A stretch of DNA of 64,000 nucleotides from Antedon mediterranea (GCF_964355755.1 NC_092678.1:17749365-17813364), one strand, 5' to 3'; positions 1 to 14,681 are shown, numbered from the stretch's first letter. The notes: a model not told the origin generated them from the sequence alone. Translations and numbers: made by a program.

Positions 1-3000
1 AAATTCTGATTTGTCCAAATTTCTTTTTAAAAAATCTGACAAATATAAACATGAAGAAATAAAAAGCATGCAATGTCATTAATATACATCAGACTTATTA
101 TAATGACATCAATTTTCGATAATCATAAGGACGAGTTCTCGAATGATTCTCTCATTTGTGCCGATGGAATTGATATTTCCTAAGTTCACCTAACTACGGA
201 GGAATAACGCTGTTCATGTACGTACCACACTACATTATATAACAGATGCCTCACATAATGACGTTTTCATGAGAGGAAGATATATTACATTTGTTCCGTG
301 TGAACAATAAGCTTATTACAACACTATTGCAAATCATATATGAAATGAAACAATATGTCATAGTTCACTACTGTAGTAATGGATGGATAACGCAAACGTA
401 TACGTACCACCACACTATATAGATAACAAATGGCTCTTATAATGACGTTTTCTTAGAGGAAGATATAATAAATATTTGTTCCGCGTGCAAAATAAGCTTA
501 TAACACTATTGTAGATTATACGTGAATCGAAACAATTATGTCGAGTGTGCCTATTCCTTCTTGTTTTATTGTGGACAACCGCATAGAGAAACTTTAACAT
601 TTAACGCCATACGTCTGGATTGTCTGTGATTTTAAACGATTGTCAATGCTATCTCGATATATGACAATTATTTCAATTTGGTAATACAGAATCTCAAATG
701 TATCACATGTGGTTCTTGTATCATTAGGTTAAGAATAAACATTTAAAATAATTATATAATTTCTCATTTAATAAAACATACCAGTTATACAACAAACTAC
801 GTACAGGAGCTCGAGCTTATGTTAAAGTAGTACATATTTTTTATCATTTATATTAAGAATACATTAATCATAATGTTTAATGATGCTGTATTATCGAATT
901 TTAATGTTACTGGAGAAATCGAGATACAATACCGATAATCAGGTGTGTTAGACCAGAATACGTTACTCTGGCTTAAAATGGAGGTCTTTGCTTTAACCAC
1001 GTTCTGAAATGTGTCTGTAAGATTATGTTAGGCAAAAACAACACCTTGTATACCATAGCAGCCTGGTGTAGAGACCTATATATTGCCTACGCTAAATTCT
1101 TTCTTAAACTTGTTCCCACTTATACCTTCTAGAGGAATGTTATCCATAGATATAACCCTAATATACTGCTGATTGGATTCGTCATTTTATAATTGTAACA
1201 CAATGTGTCATAAGAACTGTTCGTTATACCATGGTAGTATTTGCTACAGCATGTATAAGCTCTGAAAACTCCAAAATGACCAATCCTGAGTTACAGCTAC
1301 GACGGTGCTACAGTAACTGAATTAAATAGTCTTGTTCGCAAACAATGCCAAAAACTTAAAACGAGCAAAAAGAAGATATTACATTTGAACGTATTAGGCC
1401 TATACATGAAACAGACATATTCCGTAGAAGTATTAATTAATAATTAATTCCTAAAATAAAATAATTGTTTTTTTGAGGCATTGAGTTAAAATTACGTTTT
1501 CATGAGAGGAAGAAAATATAATATTTGTTCCTCGTGCAAAATAAGCTTATTACAACACTGTTGCAGATTATACGTGAATCGGCGACGATTGTACGGAGGC
1601 CTGTCTATTTTTGTTTTCGTATCTAATTTTGGCTTTCAAAAATGGCAGCGCAAAGCAATCGCTATCCCTGGATCCGACCCGTCGTATTATTTTGATATAC
1701 AATGATAGAGGTTCAGACGTTCTGTAGTATATTTAAATTGTATTATTTGTATGTTCCCTTTAAACTTCATCTTAATTTCAAATAGAAAACTATCAATAAA
1801 GTAATATTGTTTACTTAGAAGTGTGCCAATTATCCAGCATAGAAGAAAACAAAATCGGACAAAATTTAAACACATGTTACCAGGTTTTTTTAAACATTAT
1901 TAAAGCAAAGTGTGTTAATTATTGAGATGTAAAGCACATAGGCTGATTTTAGCATGATGAAGTGCAAATATGGAGGGAGGGGAAATATAAAATGTAGACA
2001 CATATCACCTCACACGCAAGCTATTACTGACACAGTGTGAAGGCCGAAATCAAGAGACTAGTTGTTTGACGGGATGTTCCTGGTCCCCAATTATTGTGAT
2101 CCCTTATTTTAGAACTTGAAAAGCAGAAAAAAGAGGAGAATGTGTAGGCCTATGTTTGTTTGTTGCCAGATGCCTATAACGCTGGTTCAGATTTTAAGTT
2201 AAGTTTATCTTACTGACGGATAACGCTAATAATGTACCTACCACCACATTAGGTAACCGATGCGCCCCCATTATGACACGTGCGAATAAAGAAAAATAAT
2301 TGCTATTCAACCGGACGGAGGGATAGGTAACCGATGCCTCTCTTAATAACATTATTTTTTATTTAATAACATTTACTAATAATGATAATAATAATTTGCT
2401 AAAACAAACGAATACAAGTAGGTCTATCATTACACACAATACAACTACATACAGGAGCTTGTGTTAAAATAAAGGTTTAGTGATCAATAAAAATCAAACA
2501 AAAACAGGCATATTATATTATTTTAGTTTTGGATGAATATTCTGTCTTTGCAAAAAGTAAAAATGAAATGATGTGACAAAAAGTGTAGTTACATTACAAA
2601 GAAAATATACTATTTTCAAAAGTATGATAAACAACAGAAAGCACTCACAGTTCTGTCAATGATGTCAAACCATCAAACACGTTTTCTGATATTGTAGTTA
2701 TTTTGTTACTGCCCAACCCTCTGGAAATCGTGAAAAAATGCATTAAATAAGTATATAAATACAGTACCAAAGGATAGTACGGTAAAAAAAAATTATTTTT
2801 TAAATTTGTAAATACAAAAAAATATAACAACAAATATCTTATTGTGCAAACAGAGGCCAAAAAAAGCTTATGTCTATTAGGCGTGTCACTCCAGCAGTGA
2901 AAACATTACAGGGTAGGCCTATATACAAGGACATAAAAATGTTTGTTTAATGTTACTTTAGCTCGTATTATCATTAGTTGCATGTTTTAGCTGTTTTTCT

Positions 3001-4235
3001 TTAACTGCTTTTACATGATATAACTATGTTTTATCTAGATTTACTGTAAATATGTTGTAATTTCTTTAATATCTACGATACAATACAACCGTTAAATGAC
3101 GATGATCCATGTATTCTGCTATGTTTTTATTTTTCATTATGGCCGCCGATATTGCTACAGTAACTGAATTAAATAGTCTTGAGTTCGCATAAACAATGTC
3201 AAAATAGAAAAAATCAAAAAGAGCAAAACGAAAGATATTACATTTGATCGTATTACACATGAAACAGACATATTCCGTAGAAGTATTAATTCCTACAATA
3301 AAATAATTGTTTTTATGAGGCATAGCGTTAAACTGACGTTTTCATGAGAGGAAGATATAAAATATTTGTTCCTCGTGCACAATAAGCTTATTACAACACT
3401 ATTACACTAAAGCATAAAGTTACACTTAACTGTGCCTTAACACCGTTTAATAGTTCAACCGATACAACATTCTGATTTGTCCAAATTTCTTTTTAAAAAA
3501 ATCTGACAAATATAAACATGAAGAAATAAAAAGCAATGTCATTAATATACATCAGACTTAAGAATAATGACATCAATTTTCGATAATCATAAGGACGAGT
3601 TCTCGAATGATTCTCTCATTTGTGCCGATGGAATTGATATTTCCTAAGTTTACCTAACTACGAAGGAATAGATGCCTCAAATAATAACGTTTTCATGAGA
3701 GGAAGATATATAACATTTGTTCCCCGTCAACACTATTTCAAATCCCATGAATCGAAACAATATGTCGAGTGTGTCTATTCCTTCTTGTTCTTATTCCTCT
3801 TGAGAGGAAGATATATAACATTTGTTCCGCGTGCAAAATAAGCTTATAACACTATTGTAGATTATACGTGAATCGAAACAATTATGTTGAGTGTGCCTAT
3901 TCCTTCTTGTTTTACTGTGGACAACCGCATAGAGAAACTTTAACATTAACGCCATGCGTCTGGATTGTCTGTGATTTTAAACGATTGTCAATGCTATCTC
4001 GACATATGACAATTATTTCTATTTAGTAATACAGAATCTCAAATGTATCACATGTGGTTCTTGTATCATTAGGTTAAGAATAAACATTTATAATAATTAT
4101 ATAATTTCTCATTTAATAAAACATACCAGTTATACAACAAACTACGTACAGGAGCTCGAGCTTGTGTTAAATTAGTACATATTTTTTATCATTTATATTA
4201 TGAATACATTAATCATAATGTTTAATGATGCTGTA
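1..4235. repeat. Near-identical direct duplicate of 15522-19756 (offset 15521)
   Basis: ORFs at 415, 1502, 1687, 2645 and 3066 recur unchanged at +15521. One SNP seen near 602. Identity drops after ~4235. Confidence 0.92.
2649..2720 (-). CDS. 72-nt LRR exon (family A): (L)GLGSNKITTISENVFDGLTSLTE(L)
   Basis: Minus strand reads gatttccag|A GGG TTG GGC AGT AAC...ACA GAA CT|gtgagt. Exactly 72 nt, phase 2 at both ends, typical LRR consensus. Confidence 0.88.
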
Positions 4236-5027
4236 ATATCGAATGTTAATGTTACTGGAGAAATCGAGATAGAATACCGATAATCAGGTGTGTTAGACCA
4301 GAATACGTTACTCCTGCTTAAAATGGAGGTCTTTGCTTTCACCACGTTCTGAAATGTGCCTGTAAGATTATGTTAGGCAAAAACAATACCGTGTATACCT
4401 AATAGCGGCCTGGTGAGACCTATGTATTGCCTTCGCTAAATCCTTTCTTAAACTTGTTCCCACTTATACCTTTTAGAGGAATGTTATCCATAGATATAAC
4501 CCTAATATACTGCTGATTGGATTCCTCATTTCATAATTGTAACACAGTGTGTCATAAGAACTGTTCGTTATACCATGGTAGTATGTGGTGCAATTAATTA
4601 AAGAATTATATGATTTGTAAATAGTTTACACAAAGTGCAACACAGTGTGACGTATTATCTGCTACAATATCTAATGATTACACATTTTTAATAATTATGT
4701 AATTTCTCATTTAATAAAACACTTTTAATAAAAAATTACCGTATTAAACGTAGAAATCAACGTATAAAAACAATAAGTATATACAGTACCAACGGAAATT
4801 ACGATAATAAAGTATCTATTTTATTAATTTCGGAATACAAAAAAAAAATAACAAAAAAATATCTATATTGTGCCAACAGAGGCCAAAAAGACTTATGTCC
4901 AATTAGGCGTGTCACTCTGACAGTGAAACAATTACAAGGTATAATTGATATAATACTAATGTAATGTTACTTTATCTCGTATTATCATTATTTGCATGTT
5001 TTAGCTGTTTTTCATTAACTGTCTTTG

Positions 5028-5286
5028 CAACCATCCTCTTCATAAGGATATTATCGGCTCCGTTATCGTTAGAAGTGGTAGGATGAGGACGGTGAATGCG
5101 CAGACGGACCGTTACAAGTACTCGTTCTACCCAGCTGGGATAAGGCATTATAACAAAACATTTGTTAGATAGTCCTCGTTATATTTATATTTATTTTAGG
5201 CAAGCCAATGTTTATGAGCACTGTAATTTCCATTATTATTTTGGACAATAAATGAATCTGTATCTGTATCTGTATCTGTATCTGTA
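5028..5286 (+). mobile_element. 5'-truncated LINE 3' end (Rex1/Babar-like) with (TCTGTA)n tail
   Basis: Translates NHPLHKDIIGSVIVRSGRMRTVNAQTDRYKYSFYPAGIRHYN, then AATAAA and a tandem tail. Absent at paralogous sites (~30830, ~36470). Confidence 0.75.
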
Positions 5287-6663
5287 TAATTACAATGTTT
5301 TATCTAGATTAACTGTAATCATGTTGTACTTTCCATATCATATGATTTCTCGTATTATCATTATTTGCATGTTTTAGCTGTTTTTCATATGATTTCTAGA
5401 TGTATTTCAATATCTACTATACAATACAACCGTTAAATGACGATGATCCATGTATTCTGCTATATTTTTATTTTTCATTATGGCCGCCGATGGTGCTACA
5501 GTAACTGAATTAAAGAGACAAAACAATGCCAAAATAGAAAAACTCAAAAAGAGCAAAAAGAAAGATATTACATTTGAACGTATTAAGCATGAAACAGACA
5601 TATTTCATAGAAGTATTAATTCCTAAAACAAAATAATTGTTTTTATGTTTAACTCTATGCCTAATAGAGTTAAACTGACGTTTTTATGAGATGAAGATAT
5701 ATACTATTTGTTCCACGTGTACAATAAGCTTATAAAACTATTGCAGATTATACGTGAATCGGACCGGTGACGAGTCGGTGACAAACCGAACGGATCATCC
5801 AGGAGTTCTGAAACGTCTGGCCAAGTGCGCTCTCTTTGCGCAGTATTATACGGAGGCGTGTCTATTTTTGTTTTCGTATCTAATTTTGGCTTTAAAAACA
5901 TGTCAGCCCAAAATAATCGCTACCCCTGGATCCGCCCCGTCGGAATATTGTCGATATAAAATGATGGAGGTTCAGACGTTCTGTGGTAGGCCTACATTTA
6001 AATTGTATTATTTGTATTCCCTCTTTAAACTTCATCTTAATTTCAATAAAATAATATCAATTAAGTAATATTGTTTACTTAGAAGTGTGCCAGTTATTCA
6101 GCACTGAAGAAAACAAAATCAGAAAAATGTAAACACATGTTACCAGGTTTTTTTAAAACATTAATAAAGCTAAGTGTGTTAATTAATGACATGTAAAGAA
6201 CATTTTAGCATGAGGAAGTGAAAATATGGAGGGAAAGAAAACATAAAGTGTAGACACATATATCACCTCACAAGCAATCTATTGCTGACCCAGTGTGAAG
6301 CCAGAAATCAAGAGTTGTTCCTGCTCCCCAATTATTGTGGTCTCTTTATTTATAAAACTTGAAAAGCAGAAAAAAGAGGAGGAGGTGTATGTTTGTTTGT
6401 TGGCAGTCTATAACGCTGGTTCAGATTTTAAGTTAAGTTTATCTTACGGACGGATAACGCTAATAATGTACGTACCACCACATTAGGTAACCGATGCGCC
6501 CTCATTATGACGTTTTTTATAAGAGAAATTTACAAACCATGTGTTGCGCGTGCGAATAAAGAACAAGTGCAGCTATTCCACCTTACGGAGGGAAAGATAA
6601 CCAATGCCTCTCATAATAACATTATTTTTCATTTTAATAATATTTACTAATAATGTTAATAAC

Positions 6664-7728
6664 AACTAGATTTGAACTCGTAACTATGGACGAGTTTGGT
6701 TATCCGCAGCGAAAATGCCACGTGTACGTCATACTTTAGAATATTGCGCACAGAAAAACGATTATGCCATTGAAAAAATGTTAGTGTGCTCTCTATTATA
6801 TGTCACGTCTAAGTATATAGAGTATACACTATATATCTGTATACGTACTACATACAGTGCAGAATAGGTGAAAATACCGGGACCCGCATTTTCATCCAAT
6901 TTTTACCATGATGATGTCTTCAAAATGAAACACGTAGATAGCAATTTTGGAAGGAAATTATCCGAGCAACAACATATCAACGTGTTGAATAAATTTGGAT
7001 ACGTAGAATACGGAAGCGCGCTCTTTTAAATGTCATGAACTATGACGCCAAATATGAAATGACTACTGTTATAATTGAACTGGCCATATGATGACGTCAC
7101 AACATTCGATTCGCATAATTTGTACATGAATTCATATTGTACAATTCAACAGCTTCCAGAAAACGTTTTAATCATGAGTATCACTTTTTATTCTGAGGAG
7201 CTATAATAAATTTAAATTTATTGGAATGATGAAAAAAAGTAACCAAAGTTATTCACGCTTTTGAACATGATGAAGTCATAACAATTTTAAAAATGGTAAA
7301 TCATGCGAAAGATAATTGATTGACTTAGACAATATAAACATATGGGGGAAAATGGAATATGGATAAGTGGAGATGCGCTCTATTAAATGTGATGAGCTAT
7401 GACAAAAGAGACAAAAATCCTATATTTTATATTCGAGTGGCCATACGATGACGTCACAATGTCTAGTTAGCCATATTGATACATGATCCGATATCAACAA
7501 CTCATCTACTTCCAGAATATGTAAAAAAAAAACTTCACCATGTAGTTTAGAAACTATGACTGTTTAAAAAAAGTCATCATTTTGACGATTTTTTTTACTT
7601 TTTCATAAAAAACGGGCGCAAATTGTCCAATTCGACGTGCTCGTATGACGTGATTTTAATTCGAAATTATTTGAAAGCTGGGAAAATTACTAGAAAAGGC
7701 TGGAAAAACATAAATCACGCGAAAAAAA
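6664..7728 (-). mobile_element. Helentron-associated/DINE-1-like non-autonomous element (HINE family 1), truncated
   Basis: Begins with the reverse complement of the family 3' end (aactagatttgaactcg..cgagtt..ggttatccgc). Homologous to the elements at 23641-28032. Confidence 0.65.
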
Positions 7729-7867
7729 TAACATTTACTAATAATGATAATAATAATTATAGGAATAGGGCAAAGGGTAAAACATAAAATGATGTGACAA
7801 TAAGTGTGGTTATATTACAACGAAAATATACTATTTTCAAAAGTATGATAAACAAGAGCAAACACTC

Positions 7868-7939
7868 AGTTCTGTCAATGATGTCAAAACATCAAACACA
7901 TTTGCTGTTAATGTAGTTATTTGGTTATTGTACAAGTAC
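7868..7939 (-). pseudogene. LRR exon (family A) with lost splice donor: YLYNNQITTLTANVFDVLTSLTE(L)
   Basis: Acceptor ttttcag intact and 72 nt open, but followed by gagtgt instead of gtgagt (GT dinucleotide deleted). Confidence 0.8.
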
Positions 7940-8954
7940 CTGAAAACCGTGAAAAAATTCAATAAAGAAGTACAGTATATATACAGTACCAAAGAATAGT
8001 ACGATAAAAATTATCTATTTATTAATTTAGAAATACTTTCCATATCATATGATTTCTGGATGTAGATGTGTTCTGCTATATTTTTACGTTTGATATAACA
8101 TGATAGAGGTTCAGACGTTCTGTGGTATATTTATTATTGTTTTATTTGTATGTTCCCGGTAAACTTCATCTTAATTTCAAATATAATATTATCAATAAAG
8201 TAATATTGTTTACTTAAGCGTGGTTCCCACTAGAACGCAACGCAACGTATCGACGCAAACTGCTGTATTGCGTAATCACAAGTGGGAACCGACGACGCTA
8301 CAATAGACAGGTTCCATTTCTCAAAAAACGGCCTAGAAAACGGATCAAGAAGCATTTTTGGGTAGAAGCTGGGATCCACTTGATTTAGGATATTTCGACC
8401 TCGCTGATTACGAATATGGCGGATCCCAAGCGAAATTCGGCCATCTAAGCCCTTAATTTGCATAATTAAAAATGGCGGCCATTTTTTATAATTACCCTAT
8501 ATCTCGAGAACCACTAGTCACAGGTAATTAATTTTGGTCTCAAAATGTTTTAAATATATGTTTTTATATTCACTTTAATGACACATTTTCTCAAAAAATG
8601 GATGCAAGTCTTATTTATGCCATTTTGACCTTTGACCTTGATATATATTTATTATAATGAAATGTTTTTACAAAAAATGGCCGATTCTACAACTATTGAC
8701 CTTTGAACTATTAGTCAAATATAATAATATAATAATAATAAAACTTTGAAAATTGTGGTCTTATGAATTTTGTTTTCTTTTTAAATTGTTTAAAACATGT
8801 GTGTTTCTATCTAATGGCATATTTTGTACAAGAATGGCCGATAGTATGGTTATTGACCTTTAAACTACAGCATAGGCCTACTGTATACTAAATATAATAT
8901 AATTGCATAACTATGAAATTATTTATACACAATAATAATTAGTAAAATTATAAA

Positions 8955-9470
8955 ATTCACTGCCATCAAATATGATGTGTTATGATTTATATAGATTAAA
9001 AAAAAATTGAACACGCAAGTTACATTTGTTGAAATTTGAAATTACCTGCCATCAATATGATGGAGTATGATTATAGATTTTTTTAAATGTGAACATGTCA
9101 GCTACATTTGGAAATTACCTGCCATCAATATGATGGATTATGATTATAGATTTAAAAAAGAATTTGAACACGTAAGCTACATTTGAAAATTACCTGCCAT
9201 CAATATGATGGATTATGATTATAGATTTAAAAAAGAATTTGAACACGTCAGCTACATTTGGAAATTTGGAAATTTGGAAATTACCTGCCATCAATATGAT
9301 GGATTATGATTGTATAGTACCTGCCATCAATATGATGGATTATGATTATAGATTTAAAAAAGAATTTGAACACGTAAGCTACATTTGAAAATTACCTGCC
9401 ATCAATATTATGGATTATGATTGTATAGATTTAAAAGAAAATGTGAACACGTAAGCTACATTTGGAATGA
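8955..9470. repeat. ~65-70-bp minisatellite in the Academ left arm (mirror copy ~10980-11480)
   Basis: Repeated attacctgccatcaatatgatggattatgattatagattt...gctacatttg. Confidence 0.85.
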
Positions 9471-9484
9471 ACATGTTAAGGGCA

Positions 9485-10560
9485 TCAGTTAAGATCATTC
9501 ATGCAAAGGTTTCCGTCATCTTTAGCGTTTTTACAGCGGCATAAAGCTGTACATGGTAGTTTTGACTTCTTGCACCTACATCTATTGGTTATGCATCGTG
9601 TCTTGTATCCACAATAAATCATCTCTAACAAAGCAGTAGGAATAGCTTCATTTTTCAGAAGCACTGGTTGAAGTTTACCATTAGATAGCTCCCAACCAAA
9701 ATCTGTTGGTGATGGCAAATGCTGGATTGGCGATACAGCTTTTTTCCATACGAGTGCTTGGAAGTGTGCTCTTTTTATATGTTGGTGCACTGCATCGCTT
9801 GTTGGAGGTAATGCGTCTGGTTTTGTCTGTTTTTTTTAAAGCCCGGACTTCATTGGTACTTTTAACTTGACCAACACCGTAAACGTAGCAAATGAATCTT
9901 TCCGATTTCATAATAACTTGGTCACTGATAGGTTTTCTCCCAGGTCTTTAATTAGTTCATAATGTTTTTTTAATACTTCCCATGCCGATGCCTTTGAGTG
10001 ACCACTTAGATATGAGCAGGGAAGAGTTAAATTACTGTATGTATGTATTAATGTAATTGAACTCTTCCCTGGATATGAGGTAGTATCGCATCCACTAATG
10101 GTGTGGAATGGAATCAGTGCTTTTGCATAACACTCGGGCAAGGCTTGAAAAATGTTTTTTATAGATACTTTCTTTTTTGGATGTCCCTGTCATCATCCAT
10201 TTGGATACCATGCTTTGGTAGTGAGACACTAGAATCACTATTACGTCTGTATCATCCCTAGAAGCAACTACAACTGTGTCGTATCGGACATTGGCAGCAT
10301 GACAAGTCTCGTGTCCGATTCTTCATGATCTGCGACCAGAGACAACGTATTATTCGTGTAGACTTTTGATGATTTAACAACTGATTCTTTCATAAATCCA
10401 CCAGCTGTGACAATTTCTTTGTCTATAGGAGCTTGACGAATCAACTCCTCTGATAGAAATCGTGCCAGATCTGCTTTATTATCTTGTAATGCCAAAAAGT
10501 TTGGCAGCGGTATTTCACCACTTTCTATAATTCGACGAATTGGTCTCTGTGTTTTGGTTC
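9485..10560 (-). pseudogene. Frameshifted C-terminal part of the Academ protein (XPG domain + Cys8 finger)
   Basis: Consecutive minus-strand ORF pieces 10268-10495, 9908-10141, 9681-9911 and 9485-9790 in different frames. Confidence 0.78.
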
Positions 10561-10639
10561 ATCTTTGTCTGGTGGTGTCCTTTATCGACAGTTTTAAGTT
10601 AGGCATGCCATGTTAAAAAAAACCAAAACCGGGCATTAC

Positions 10640-10963
10640 CTCCAACAAGCGATGCAGTGCACCAGCATATTAAAAGAGCACACTTCCAAGCACTCGTACT
10701 GAAAACAGCTGTATCGCCAATCCAGCATTTGCCATCACCAACAGATTTTGGTTGGGAGCTATCTAATGGTAAACTTCAACCAGTGCTTCTGAAAAATGAA
10801 GCTATTCCTACTGCTTCGTTAGAGATGATTTATTGTGAATGCAAGACACGATGCATAACCATATAGATGTAGGTGCAAGAAGTCAAAACTACCATGTACA
10901 GCTTTATGCTGCTGTAACCACGCTAAAGATGACGGAAACCTTTGCATGAATGATCAAAACTGA
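10640..10963 (+). pseudogene. Inverted duplicate of the Academ protein C-terminus
   Basis: ORF 10657..10866 nearly identical to 9485..9790 but on the opposite strand. Confidence 0.78.
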
Positions 10964-12394
10964 TGCCCTTAACATGTTCATTCCAAATGTAGCTTACGTG
11001 TTCACATTTTCTTTCAAACCTATACAATCATAATCCATCATATTGATGGCAGGTAATTTCCAAATTTCCAAATGTAACTGACGTGTTCAAATTCTTTTTT
11101 AAATCTATAATCATAATCCATCATATTGATGGCAGGTACTATACAATCATAATCCATCATATTGATGGCAGGTAATTTCCAAATTCCTGAATGTAGCTGA
11201 CGTGTTCAAATTCTTTTTTAAATCTACAATCATAATCCATCATATAGATGGCAGGTAATTTTCAAATGAAGCTTACGTGTTCAAATTCTTTTTTAAATCT
11301 ATAATCATAATCCATCATATTGATGGCAGGTAATTTCCAAATGTAGCTGACATGTTCACATTTTTAAAAATCTATAATCATACTCCATCTTATTGATGGC
11401 AGGTAATTTCAAATTTCAAATTTCAACAAATGTAACTTGCGTGTTCAATTTTTTTTTTAAATCTATATAAATCATAACACATCATAATAATTTTACTAAT
11501 TATTATTGTGTATAAAATTTTCATAGTTATGCAATTATATTATATTCAGTATACAGTAGGCCTATGCTGTAGTTTAAAGGTCAATAACCATACTATCGGC
11601 CATTCTTGTACAAAATGTGCCATTAGACTGGATAGAAACACACATGTTTTAAACAATTTAAAAAGAAAAAAAAATTCATAAGACCACAATTTTCAAAGTT
11701 ATATTATTATTATATTATTATATTTGAATAATAGTTCAAAGGTCAATAGTTGTAGAATCGGCCATTTTTTGTAAAAACATTTCATTATAATAAATATGAA
11801 TGTATAGTTTCTGAACAATTTGAGCCCTATTTCGTGTCTCTCCGATTATTGGTTACTGAGATACGATAAATCAAGGTCAAAGGTCAAAATGTCAGAAATA
11901 AGACTTGCATTCATTTTTTGAGAAAATGTGTCATTAAAGTGAATATAAACACATATATTTAAAACATTTTGAGACCAAAATTAATTATCTGTGACTAGTG
12001 GTTCTCGAGATATAGGGTAATTATAAAAAATGGCCGCCATTTTTAATTATGCAAATTAAGGGCTTAGATGGCCGAATTTCGCTTGGGATCCGCCATATTC
12101 GTAATCAGTGAGGTCGAAATATCCTAAATCAAGTGGATCCCAGCTTCTACCCAAAAATGCTTCTTACACCATATTTCAGAGGAAATAGAACTTGTCTACA
12201 ATGCTGCAAAGCCGCAGGTTTGATTTCACGCAGGTTAGGGAAAACACAATTATCGGAAGGGCATTTTCTTACGCTGCGTAGGTTGCGTTACGTTGCGTCG
12301 CTAGAAGTTAGAAGAGTGCCAGTCATTCAGCACTGAAGAAAACAAAATAAGAAAAAATGTAAACACATGTTACCAGGTTTTTTTAAAACATTAA

Positions 12395-13973
12395 AGGGGG
12401 ATTCTGGGTTTAAAATTGCTTTTAAATATCGTTTATTTATTAAATAAAAAATATTATAACAATATAGACATTTCAGAATGAAGAAGTAATAACGAGAAAT
12501 TAAAAAAATAAAATTTCATATACATTTTAGGGTAAATTCATGAAAAGTCTGTTTTTTAGCAGCTTAGGGAAGCTCATTAATATTCATGAGATATTCACAA
12601 AATCACGTCACCAGTGGATTCCAAACTCGCGACGTCATGTACGTTGTGTTTGTCAACTAATTTACATCTCTCTCCCCTGTCAAACGACGACCACCATTGT
12701 GATCATTGTGAAATACATTTTTTGTAGATTTTCTAAGCTAGGCCTAAAGTGTAATAATAACAGTAGTAGCATTTATTTATTTGACATTTAATGAAATACA
12801 AAATTTAGTACAGATACGGAGTCATAAATTATACTATTTTTATACCTCTATAGTACAGATCGTATTATCGGCTTCACGTACAATACTACTCTAGGCCTAG
12901 CCTAATAATAATATGGGCGAGAGCCATTCTGACTAGGGATTCCATGCCACGATGGCTACGTTAAAACAATGGGGCCCATGGGCCTAGCTAGCCTACTAGG
13001 CCTACTAGACGATTGGCCCATAAATAAAAAAACCCATCCTATCAACCAAACTCCTAAACAATCTAAACCTAAAACATTCTACAAAATCGGCTGTAAATAT
13101 TGAAGCAAAACAAGGTCCGATCGCCGTCCACACGTATGGTGTCCCGATCGTCTAAGTAGGCCTAAAATAAATAGGTTTAGTTTACTCTCCAAAAAAGCGG
13201 ATACTCATGCATCAAGCAAGTAGACCAGGTAGTAGGAAGGAGACCTAGCCGATCCGGCCCAGTTAAAATTGAGCTAGCTAGTGTAGTAGACCCTATGCGA
13301 ATTGATACTACCAGGCCTTTTACTATAGGCTGCACTACACAAATATTCCAACTCTCTCATTCGAGCTATATTATCTATACCATTCCGGTAGGTCGAGTCG
13401 ACCTTCAATCAAATACTGTACATCGTTCATGTTGTGATTATAGACGGGGTATACTCGACCCGACCAGTTTGGTATTGTTGTATCTGCTTATCACGTGACG
13501 ATGCCAGGCATGGGCAGCGGAGAGCACGTGTATCGTCGTCTCGCTCGATCCTCAGCAGGAATGTACAGTATACGTTACGCTTCATTGATTTTGATTTTTC
13601 CCTAAGTCGGTGCGAAAATCGGCAAACGTAAAGTGCAAACATATCTAATTTTTCACTGTTTTGATGAATTTTCATAAAAAATTGACTTTATAAATGGGAA
13701 GACCGACTAAAATTACATCAGATAAGTATAATTTTACAAAAGTAATTGATATGGTTTATGATAACGAGTCGTCGGAAGATGGACCATTTCACGAATTTCC
13801 TATTTTGTAACCACAGTGTGATTTTGCCGTAGCTGCACTTGTAATCTGGCCTGATTTCACAGCCTTCGTTCTGCTTCACTGGGCGCTTATATAAATTGAA
13901 ACTTTTACCGTTCAAGAGACAAACAAATATATTTTACATTTTTTACTATTCATTTTAAACCCGGAACCCCCCT
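12395..13973. mobile_element. Kolobok-type non-autonomous DNA transposon
   Basis: TIR AGGGGGATTCTGGGTTTAAAA / TTTTAAACCCGGAACCCCCCT with TTAA TSD and purine-purine termini. Empty site aaaacattaataaagc at ~6155 and ~31566. Confidence 0.8.
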
Positions 13974-14681
13974 TTAATAAAGCAAAGAGTGTTAATTAAT
14001 GAGATGTAAAGCACATTTTAGCATGAGGAAGTGAAAATATGGAGGGAGAGAAAACATAAAGTGTAGACACAGATATCACCTCACAAGCAATCTATTGCTG
14101 ACCCAGTGTGAAGGCCGAAATCAAGAGTTGTTCCTGCTCCCCAATTTATTTATAAAACTTGAAAAGCAGAAAAAAGATGAGGAGGTGTATGTTTGTTTGT
14201 TGCCAGATGCCTATAACGCTGTTTCAGATTTTAAGTTAAGTTTATCTTACGGACGGATAACGCTAATAATGTACGTACCACAACATTAGGTAACCGATAC
14301 GCCCCCATTATGATAAGTGCGAATAAAGAAAAAGTGCTATTCCACTGTACGGAGGGATAGCTACCCGATGCCTCTCATAATAATATTATTTTTCATTCAA
14401 TAACATTTACTAATAATGATAATAATAATTTACTTTAAAACAAACGAATACAAGTAGGTCTATCACTACACACAATACAACTACATACAGAAGCTTGTGT
14501 TAAAATAAAGGTTTATGGATCAATCATAATCAAACAAAAACGGTCATATTATATTATTTTAGTTTTGGATGAATATTCTGTCTTTGCAAAGAGTAATGAA
14601 ATGATGTGACAAAAAGTGTGGTTATCTTACAACGAAAATATATTATTTTCAAAAGTATGATAAACAATAGAAAGCACTCAA

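Larger units (their letters stand above)
8304..12198. mobile_element. Academ (AcademX)-family DNA transposon derivative with ~1.5-kb inverted arms
   Basis: Termini TAGACAGGTTCCATTTC / GAAATAGAACTTGTCTA with a 3-bp TSD (CAA). Internal remnants of an XPG/PIN-like nuclease (DHEESDTRL, FHTISGCDTTS) and a Cys-rich finger (CGYKTRCITNRCRCKKSKLPCTALCRC). Confidence 0.8.
8217..12307. mobile_element. PIF/Harbinger-like MITE (8217-8300 + 12202-12307) interrupted by the Academ element
   Basis: Interrupts host tttactta|gaag with TTA duplicated. Partial TIR ctag..acgcaacg / cgttgcgt..ctag; right TIR degraded. Confidence 0.55.

Noticed and set aside
415-6486. Recurrent 60-105-aa ORFs in the duplicated intron units
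   Set aside because: They recur only because of duplication, frames are not conserved among older paralogs, and the composition is that of AT-rich non-coding DNA. Only the LRR-encoding last 24 codons of 2645..2860 are real.
8955-9470. Regular repeats superficially like a CRISPR array
   Set aside because: No unique spacers; it is a minisatellite inside a eukaryotic transposon, and no cas genes are present.
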